From Methanothermococcus sp. Ax23 (GTDB lineage: Archaea; AGJL01; Methanococci; Methanococcales; Methanococcaceae), in the NCBI RefSeq assembly GCF_049075655.1, contig NZ_CP157522.1, positions 1,184,001 through 1,248,000 of the forward strand: a DNA stretch of 64,000 bases, written 5' to 3'. Every line of letters begins with the position of its first letter. Position 1 is the stretch's first letter. A program made the position numbers and the translations under genes. This document shows positions 56,897 to 64,000 of this stretch, in pieces. The notes beneath the pieces are model-generated. The model saw only the letters and a program-made list of their open reading frames with translations, did no database searches and had not been told where the DNA came from.

Positions 56897-58054
56897 ATGT
56901 ATGATTTTATCATAATTGGTTCAGGTATTGGCGGAAGCACCGTATTTAAGGAGTTAAATAATAAACACCCTGATAAAAAGATACTGCTACTTGAAAAAGG
57001 AGATGAGCCCAAGTATGTTGCAGAAGGAAATGATGTGCAAGTTTTATATCTAAATTCCCTTGGCGGTTCTGCACTATATTCTGTTGGAAATGCCATTAGA
57101 ATTGATTTAAAATATATAGGCATTAAAGAAGATATCTATGATGAGATTGAAAAAGAACTAAATGTTAATCCTGTCCCCATGGATTTTATCAATGAAACTA
57201 CAAAAAAATTATTTGATTATGGATTTAAACAAACTCCAAAATACATAAACTTCAATAAATGCAACTCCTGTGGGATGTGTGCAAGTAGATTATGCCATGC
57301 AAAATGGACACCGCGGGATTTTTTAAAGCAATACAAAAACAGCATGATACTACATAATTTTGAAGTTTTAAATATTAAAAAAGAAAATGAATTATTTTTT
57401 GTTGAAGGATTTAACAGCAAAAATAATAAAAAAATGATATTTAAGGGAAAAACTGTCATAGTTTCAGCAGGGGGAGTTAATTCCCCAAGAATATTAAGTT
57501 CAATATTGGATAACGAACATCTTGGAAAAAACCTTTTTGTAGATACATTCATTACAGTTGGAGGATTTTTAGAAGGCGCAAATTTAAACAAGTCTGTCCC
57601 TATGTCAGTTTATAGAAAATATAATGGTTTTCTTCTTTCACCCCATTATTCAATATTATTATATGATGAAATAAAAAAAGAAAATAAAGATATAAAAAAC
57701 AACGATGTATTTGGTCTAATGATTAAAATAAAGGACGAAAATAATGGAGTAGTTGGAAAAGATTATGTATATAAAAACATAACAGAAAAGGATGAAGAAC
57801 TACTGTCAAAAGGATTTAAAGAGGCATTAAATATACTGTCAGATATTGGAGTAAATAATATGTACAAAACCATTCCAAGAGGTTCTCATCCATCAGGAAC
57901 TTGTGCCGTTGGAAAGGTAGTAAATAAAGATTTTGAAACTGAAATAGATGGTTTGTTTGTCTGTGATGCATCGGTATTTCCAGAATCTCTCGGACTACCG
58001 CCAATTCTTGGAATAATTGCAATTGGTAAAAAATTGGCAAATTGCTTGCAGTAA
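56897..58054 (+). CDS. GMC-like FAD-dependent oxidoreductase with Fe-S motif
   Basis: IIGSGIGG, CNSCGMC..C, VSAGG, HPSGTC, VCDASVFP. Confidence 0.8.
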   Translation: MYDFIIIGSGIGGSTVFKELNNKHPDKKILLLEKGDEPKYVAEGNDVQVLYLNSLGGSALYSVGNAIRIDLKYIGIKEDIYDEIEKELNVNPVPMDFINETTKKLFDYGFKQTPKYINFNKCNSCGMCASRLCHAKWTPRDFLKQYKNSMILHNFEVLNIKKENELFFVEGFNSKNNKKMIFKGKTVIVSAGGVNSPRILSSILDNEHLGKNLFVDTFITVGGFLEGANLNKSVPMSVYRKYNGFLLSPHYSILLYDEIKKENKDIKNNDVFGLMIKIKDENNGVVGKDYVYKNITEKDEELLSKGFKEALNILSDIGVNNMYKTIPRGSHPSGTCAVGKVVNKDFETEIDGLFVCDASVFPESLGLPPILGIIAIGKKLANCLQ

Positions 58055-58075
58055 TTTAAAATTAAAATTTATTTT

Positions 58076-59059
58076 TTAGAGATATTTTTTTATATTTTCA
58101 ACGATATTATCAATAAATTCATCCAAATTTATACCTTTTACAACATCGGCAACTGGAATATTTAGTTTATATGATATATCATTCAGTAAATCTTTAAAAT
58201 CTTTTTCATTTAAATTTAAATTTTTGCTGTTTATAGTAATCCCAATTACCTTTTTACCACTTAATAATTCTATGATATTTATATTCCTTTTTATGTCCTC
58301 AATATCAACAGTATTTGATGCAAGTATAATATAATCAGGCTTTGAACCAAGAAGAATGGATAAACTAATAACTCCTCCCCCTCTTCCCGTTCCAACCTCT
58401 AATGGATTTGAAAATATCCCGGTTTGCCCAGATACAATTATTAAATCTTTATTTTTTAAATCAACTTTTTTAACAGCCCCAAATATTGTAGATGCAACAT
58501 GGCATGTAGGGATAAGTTGTGGAATTACCATTTCGTCAATACCGCATAATTTTGCCTGGGGCTCTGTTCCAACAGTGCCGATTTCAAAATATTTTTCGAG
58601 CTCTCTTTTTAATACCATGGATGTGGTAAATTTTCCACTTCTTCTACTGGTGCCCATGATGGTAATTACTTTTGATTTAATACCATTTATTCCCATTTCT
58701 GCATATTTTTTAAAGTCATCAAATGAATTAGGATTTGAGCAGTCGAAAAATTCAATATTATATCTTTTGGCGATATGTAGGAGCTCCCTATAATCATTTA
58801 TTCTATAAAGCCTTGCCATATTGTATATGTTTTTTCCCTTTTTCATCTCATGAATTATAGTTTCTTTCCAGATTTCAACCTCTGATGGTTCAAGAATTTC
58901 CTTTGTCCAAATGAATGTGTCATAATTGTAGTTATCACCCAAACTGCTGTTGCGGTCATGGTCTATACATCCATATCCTGTTATAGATATGTTGGCAAAT
59001 TTTTCTAATCCGTCTGAAACTTTGTTTTTATGAGATAATTTTGCCGCTTTTATAATCAT
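58076..59059 (-). CDS. DUF1611-like P-loop protein
   Basis: GTSRRSGKFTT, GTEPQ, ILLGSKPDYIIL resemble the DUF1611 family. Confidence 0.65.
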   Translation of the reverse strand: MIIKAAKLSHKNKVSDGLEKFANISITGYGCIDHDRNSSLGDNYNYDTFIWTKEILEPSEVEIWKETIIHEMKKGKNIYNMARLYRINDYRELLHIAKRYNIEFFDCSNPNSFDDFKKYAEMGINGIKSKVITIMGTSRRSGKFTTSMVLKRELEKYFEIGTVGTEPQAKLCGIDEMVIPQLIPTCHVASTIFGAVKKVDLKNKDLIIVSGQTGIFSNPLEVGTGRGGGVISLSILLGSKPDYIILASNTVDIEDIKRNINIIELLSGKKVIGITINSKNLNLNEKDFKDLLNDISYKLNIPVADVVKGINLDEFIDNIVENIKKYL

Positions 59060-59245
59060 ACCATCCCTTGTATAGTTTTAACAAATTATATACTCATTTA
59101 TTTATATTTTTTGTTGAACTCTAATCAAATAATATTAATCATATATAAACTTTTTCATTTACATCAAATAGGATATTTAATAAATTTAATTTAATATAAT
59201 TTACATTATTCTAAGGTTATATCTTTATAATAAAGGAGGGAATTT

Positions 59246-59668
59246 ATGAAAGATTATTTAGTTAATATCAAGATTAATGATATTATGGCAAAAGATGTTA
59301 TTTATACTCATCCAGATACTGGCGTGGTTAAGGCATTTGAAACTCTTTTAAAGTATAAAATAAGCTGCTTACCTGTTGTAGATGGCGATAAAAAAGTTAT
59401 TGGTATTATTACTACTACTGACATAGGTTATAATCTAATACTTGATGAATACACCCTTGACACAAGAGTTAGTGATGTTATGACAAGGGATGTAATATCA
59501 ATAACCCCCAATGAATCCATAATGGATGCCATAAAAAAGATGGATGAATATGGACATAAGGGCGAAATAATAAATCAGCTCCCGGTAGTGGATGAAAATA
59601 ATAGATTAGTTGGAGTTATATCCGATGGTGATATAATCAGAGCTCTATCTAAATTTTTAAAAAAATAA
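59246..59668 (+). CDS. CBS-domain pair protein
   Basis: [15 protein letters not shown] and QLPVVD..GVISDGD. Confidence 0.92.
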   Translation: MKDYLVNIKINDIMAKDVIYTHPDTGVVKAFETLLKYKISCLPVVDGDKKVIGIITTTDIGYNLILDEYTLDTRVSDVMTRDVISITPNESIMDAIKKMDEYGHKGEIINQLPVVDENNRLVGVISDGDIIRALSKFLKK

Positions 59669-59692
59669 TTAAAAAATATAAAAAATAATTTT

Positions 59693-60850
59693 TTATTCAG
59701 TATAGGTAATACCTTCTGCTTCAAGAGCCTTTTTTATCATTACATACTGTATTGATACAGGCAATGGATGACCTATTTTTACCTGTTTTCCTTCCTTATG
59801 CTGTTCTTTTATCCAATTTACAAACTCATCCCAATTATTTACTGGAATATCGCTTCTTACAACAACCGCTGAACCTTCACCGTGCAATGCACTTATGATT
59901 TTTGCCTTTGTTCCTTTGTCAATAGCGAATACTGCTGGTGGAACTCCGTTGAATCCTACATCAACCTGGTTTTGAGCCATTAATGTCATTATTTTTGCTC
60001 CACCTTCTGAAACTTGTATTAATTCGACATTTGCTATTTTTTTGCCGTTTTCGTATAATTCATATTGTTTTTTAGGTGTTATTTCTTTTAGATATATATT
60101 GTATTTATTTTTAAACAATTCTGGATATTTCGCCGCAACAAACAATGCTGCATGGTGGTCTGTTGGTAAATATGCAACTTTTAATGTTGGAACTTCACCA
60201 GATACTTCTGGTGTGATATTTTCATTTATTTCATTTGTTATTTCGCTGTAAGGTTTAAAATCAAACAACACATTTTTAATTTTTTCCCTATCGGAAATGT
60301 TTAATTTACCACTAAGGGAGTTTTGAGAATTCAAAACTTCTACAAATTCCACTGTTCCATTTATTATAGTATTTGGGTCTGTGAAGTATTTTATATTTGG
60401 AATGGATAGTTCTTCAACTTCTTTATCAACACCAAGCCAGTTTGCACTTGCATCTACTGCAAGGGTTTTATTGTTGTTTATTTCATTTGTTGAAAGAACC
60501 ATTAATTTTAGGAGCTCATCCACTGCAAGTTTTTTATTATTTAATGCATCATCTGATGCTACAATAACACAGCAAGGATGGTTTTTCCACATGCCATTTG
60601 GTGGTAAATCTTGGCTATATATGATAGGCTTTCCTATATTTTTTGTTTTTAGAATTTCTGGCGTAGGTTCCCATGCAATTACTGCATCAAGTTCTTTTGT
60701 GCTGAGAAGCTGGGGCATTGAGCCCTGACCTTTACAATTCACAAGCTTTACCATTGCAGTTTCTGATGAAGTTTTATCATCAACACATCCACTGAACATG
60801 ACCGCTCCAAGAACCGCCAAGCCCACAAATAAAACTGCTAATTTTTTAAT
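59693..60850 (-). CDS. ABC transporter substrate-binding lipoprotein (SsuA/NrtA/NMT1-like); start probably ATT at 60850, otherwise GTG at 60826
   Basis: Lipobox FSGC, IAWEP, HPCCV, VAYLPTDHHAALFVA, EGSAVVV. Confidence 0.8.
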   Translation of the reverse strand: MKKLAVLFVGLAVLGAVMFSGCVDDKTSSETAMVKLVNCKGQGSMPQLLSTKELDAVIAWEPTPEILKTKNIGKPIIYSQDLPPNGMWKNHPCCVIVASDDALNNKKLAVDELLKLMVLSTNEINNNKTLAVDASANWLGVDKEVEELSIPNIKYFTDPNTIINGTVEFVEVLNSQNSLSGKLNISDREKIKNVLFDFKPYSEITNEINENITPEVSGEVPTLKVAYLPTDHHAALFVAAKYPELFKNKYNIYLKEITPKKQYELYENGKKIANVELIQVSEGGAKIMTLMAQNQVDVGFNGVPPAVFAIDKGTKAKIISALHGEGSAVVVRSDIPVNNWDEFVNWIKEQHKEGKQVKIGHPLPVSIQYVMIKKALEAEGITYTE

Positions 60851-61104
60851 ATTATCACCTCTTAATGAAATTTTAATATATGTAGAAATTATAATAATAT
60901 ATATAAGTTATGATTTTTTTATGAAAATAATAATATAATTTCTTAAAATAAAATATGACTACATATAATACATAAATAAAGATATTTATATTCTCTACAA
61001 TTTACTATAAGAAAAAATAAAAAATCAAATAAATAGATGATTATATAATAAAATATATAATAAATACCTAATAAAAACATATAATAAAATAGATAAAAAA
61101 GTTA

Positions 61105-62247
61105 TTATTCTTTCTCTAGACTATACATTGGCGGGAGCTCATCATCCACACCAGGAACAAATCCAACTGTATCTCTATACCTCAACTGCATTCTATGATA
61201 AATATACGCCACTGGAATCTCCATTGGACATACGTCTTCACACTGACCGCAGTTTATACAGCTGAAACTCATGTGGGACAGTCTGATGCCTTGGAACATT
61301 ACCGGGTCAGGTGGAATCTCTCCTTTATCCATGTAATCTTCATTTAAAGCACACTCCCTACAAAAGCATATTGGGCAGGCATCCCTGCAACCGTAGCATT
61401 TTATGCACCTGTTCCAATACTCCTTCCATTTTTCAATGGAAGGGTATTTCTCTTCAAGCTGTTCCTTTTGAGCAGATTTAGCAAGGTTAATCATAATTTT
61501 TTCAATCTTTTCCCTAATCTTAATGCCCTTTTCAGAAGGGGTTTTGACCTTAATATATCCTTCTTTTTCAGCATTTTCAATTAACTCCCTTCCTTTTTCT
61601 GAACACACTTCAACAAAAGTCCATCCATCTTCTGCTCCCCAGTTTCCACAGGCAATATCTGCATTTCTTGGAATCTTTAATTCACATCTCTGGCAGTTTT
61701 TTCTCCTTCCAAATCCTTTCTCTTCTAAATCGTGTATTTTAATAGCTTTATGGGTCCCATCCTTTAATTCTATTATGAATTTACCACTATCTATCTCTTC
61801 CTTGACAACATCCTCAGGATTTACGCCGTAAAACATCTCTATCATTTTCATGGCAGTAATTGGTGGAATTGTTCCACCGCAGTTTAAACCTATTGTGTAG
61901 ATATTATCCTTATCTATCTGGTGTCTTTTTTGGAGCTCCTTTATAGCCATGGCATCACATGGCTTTACAGCTACGGCTAATTTTAAATCATTTAAATATT
62001 TGCTTATAATATTTCCAAAGTTTGTTGGAGCACAATGTAGAGAACCACATGTTTGGATGAGCTCCTCTGAGCTTTTTACAAGGGTGGGTATTCCATCATA
62101 AACATCTTCTCCCTTTTTTAGGGCTAAAACTCCATCAACAAGTTCTTTATCTAACAGATATTTGAATAATGAAGATACTGCCCCACCACATTCAGCATGT
62201 TTTAATATGATCTCATCTGTTGATTGGATTAAAAGGTATTTATCCAT
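61105..62247 (-). CDS. F420-binding FdhB/FrhB-family subunit
   Basis: [36 protein letters not shown], two 4Fe-4S motifs. Confidence 0.9.
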   Translation of the reverse strand: MDKYLLIQSTDEIILKHAECGGAVSSLFKYLLDKELVDGVLALKKGEDVYDGIPTLVKSSEELIQTCGSLHCAPTNFGNIISKYLNDLKLAVAVKPCDAMAIKELQKRHQIDKDNIYTIGLNCGGTIPPITAMKMIEMFYGVNPEDVVKEEIDSGKFIIELKDGTHKAIKIHDLEEKGFGRRKNCQRCELKIPRNADIACGNWGAEDGWTFVEVCSEKGRELIENAEKEGYIKVKTPSEKGIKIREKIEKIMINLAKSAQKEQLEEKYPSIEKWKEYWNRCIKCYGCRDACPICFCRECALNEDYMDKGEIPPDPVMFQGIRLSHMSFSCINCGQCEDVCPMEIPVAYIYHRMQLRYRDTVGFVPGVDDELPPMYSLEKE

Positions 62248-63078
62248 ATTTGCATCACCACCTTATTTTATTTTTTATTACTCTTTTAAATCAAGTCCCA
62301 TTTTTTCTGCCAGTTTTACAATTATTTCATTATCTGGTATGGCATCTCCTGGAGCTCCTACTATCTTATTTATCTTTTGAGTCTTCCCCTCTGTATTTGT
62401 AAAGGTTCCATCCTTTTCAGCCCAGCATGATGCTGGAAGAACAACATTAGAAAGATTACATGTTTCATTCATTATTATACTTTGAGTAATCAAAAAATCA
62501 AGAGATTTTAATACATCCCCATTACACATTGCGGGATTTTCTCCCATTATGTATAAGCATTTAACATTTTTGATTAATTCAAGTAGTTCGTCCTTATTCA
62601 ATGGTGGAAGTAGTTTCATTGCACCCATTGTGTTGCAATGTTTTAAAACTGGAAGTAATTTACATTTTGTTTTTTCTGAGATACTATAAACCAAATCTAT
62701 ATCTTCTTGGTTTGTCAATTTATTAAATATTATTATGGAGTTCTCATCAAGTTTTTTTAGGATTTCTTCATCCATGTTCTTCAAAAATTCAGAGAAATTG
62801 TTTATTTTTATAAACTTATCAGAATTTAATCTAATAATGTCTTTTTCTTCATAATTTACAGAAACTATTTCAGCCCCATTTTCCTTTGCTTTAATTACCC
62901 TCCTTCCAATTAAAGAACTCTCCCCAAACACATCACTAAGAATTAAAATAAATTTGCTATTTTCAATATCATCAAAAGATGCTATACTCTTATCCAAATC
63001 AATTTTTGGAGAACCACATATGCAAACTCCAATGTTTTTTACGATAAACCGCCGAGAAAGCCAACGATTTTAATCGTT

Positions 63079-63115
63079 ATACAAAACATAGTTTTGTAAA
63101 ATCTCTTACGAGATT
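63079..63115. repeat. 37-bp double-hairpin insert nested in the IS left-end hairpin
   Basis: TACAAAAC-ATA-GTTTTGTA and AATCTC-TTAC-GAGATT; removal restores CCAACGATTTTAATCGTTGG. Confidence 0.7.
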
Positions 63116-63325
63116 GGATGAGAGGCGGACATTATAATTAGTCAGTAGTAAAACATAAATATTTGAAGTTTCATAGTGAATAATGCTACCAGTCCAAGTA
63201 TCTATGGGTAGGGTTAGTAAAAACTCTACCGCTGGTAGTGGTTGGAAGTGCATAGCGTAGCCCTGAACCCATTAATGGGTAGGGGTAGTGGGCTTGGCCA
63301 CCCTTGTAGGGTTAAACCCTGCTAA

Positions 63326-63380
63326 AATTAGACGAAATCACTTCGTGATTTCGTTGCTCGCTTACTACCGTAAGCGAGAA
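63326..63380. repeat. Double-hairpin dispersed repeat, copy B
   Basis: AATTAG-ACGAAATCAC-TTC-GTGATTTCGT-TG-CTCGCTTAC-TACC-GTAAGCGAG; homologous to the reverse complement of 30762-30814. Confidence 0.8.
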
Positions 63381-63828
63381 CCCCACGACTTCAGTCGTGG
63401 GAGTAGGTCAGACCAAGTGCATCTGCAAATTTTTTCAAGGCGTAATTGTCTTCATTCGTGCATATTCCAGAACCTATAATACCAATTTCATCTGGTTTGT
63501 AGGACTTTAATTTATTAGATACCAAATTCAGTGCATCATCCCAGCTTGATTCAACAAATTTTCCATTTTTCTTTATTAATGGTGTCTTTAATCTCTTTTC
63601 ATCATTTACAATTTTATAACATTCTCTTCCATTGTTGCAGTTTTTTCCTTCATTTATGGGATGCCTCTTGTTTGGATAGGTTCCTATGACTTTTCCATCT
63701 TTTGTTATTAAATCTACTCCACAACCAACACTGCATCCGGGACATATCGTGTGCATAATCTTCATTGTTTCACCGTCTTTTTCTTTTTTTGGTTTTATAT
63801 TCCGAGCTCCCACTCCCATTATCAATAA

Positions 63829-63999
63829 TCACATTGCAACTTTGGGATATGTTTTCACTATTTGATGGGAAGTATGGGTGGTTCCAATATGAGCTCCTTT
63901 TGTTAAGTTTATAATATTCACCATAATTTGAAATGCGTTATCAAGTATTGATTGCGAAACTTCCTTTGAAACCTTATTATCCTTTTGATGCATGCTACA
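63829..63999 (-). CDS. Possible 3' end of an unidentified gene running off the window
   Basis: Open frame ...SKEVSQSILDNAFQIMVNIINLTKGAHIGTTHTSHQIVKTYPKVAM*; no recognisable motif. Confidence 0.35.
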   Translation of the reverse strand, partial: CSMHQKDNKVSKEVSQSILDNAFQIMVNIINLTKGAHIGTTHTSHQIVKTYPKVAM

Positions 64000-64000
64000 T

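Larger units (their letters stand above)
63043..63411 (+). mobile_element. Non-autonomous IS200/IS605-family miniature element (PATE-like)
   Basis: Inserted 3' of TTAC with no target duplication; AAAG then hairpin CCAACGAT..ATCGTT(GG) at the left end; GAAC then hairpin CCCACGAC-TTCA-GTCGTGGG and terminal TCAG at the right end; no transposase ORF. Confidence 0.85.
62278..63765 (-). pseudogene. Short FdhA-like molybdopterin-oxidoreductase-family subunit interrupted by an insertion at 63043-63411
   Basis: 5' part [16 protein letters not shown]...[12 protein letters not shown] and 3' part VKNIGVCICGSP...VVLPASCWAEKDGTFTNTEG join in frame (1119 nt, 372 aa) when 63043-63411 is removed. Confidence 0.88.

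Noticed and set aside
63391-63393. In-frame TGA as a selenocysteine codon in an Fdh-like gene
   Set aside because: The TGA lies inside the inserted element's right-end hairpin, not at a catalytic position, and further stops follow.
63043-63411. Insertion as an intein, self-splicing intron or IStron (length is a multiple of 3)
   Set aside because: It has stop codons in the gene frame, is oriented opposite to the gene, shows no recognisable group I/II core or bulge-helix-bulge, and its IS200/IS605 ends explain it.

Overview
AT-rich (roughly 30% GC by eye) archaeal chromosome segment from a member of the Methanococcales, probably Methanothermococcus- or Methanococcus-like. The assignment rests on methanogenesis marker proteins 12 and 14, mer, cofH, tfrB, an F420-dependent FdhB-like gene and GGTGA ribosome-binding sites. 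Most of the window is housekeeping genes (radA, smc, lig, purB, hisD, hisE, leuA, hmgA, ribH, prs, pelA). Accessory content comprises a Type III restriction-modification pair, a type IV pilin-like/DUF2341 cluster, an MNT-HEPN toxin-antitoxin pair and a 369-bp non-autonomous IS200/IS605-type element interrupting an fdhA-like gene. The most striking unexplained signals are three. (1) The palindrome GAGCTC occurs about 96 times by hand count against about 4 expected, in all three reading frames; it is nearly absent from the R-M island and forms the core of direct repeats bracketing the TA cassette. (2) A family of 35-60 bp double-hairpin repeats shows compensatory base changes, sits at gene 3' ends and is nested inside the IS. 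(3) An ABC substrate-binding protein appears circularly permuted. No rRNA, tRNA or CRISPR array was seen. Protein calls come from recognising motifs and families by eye, not from database searches.
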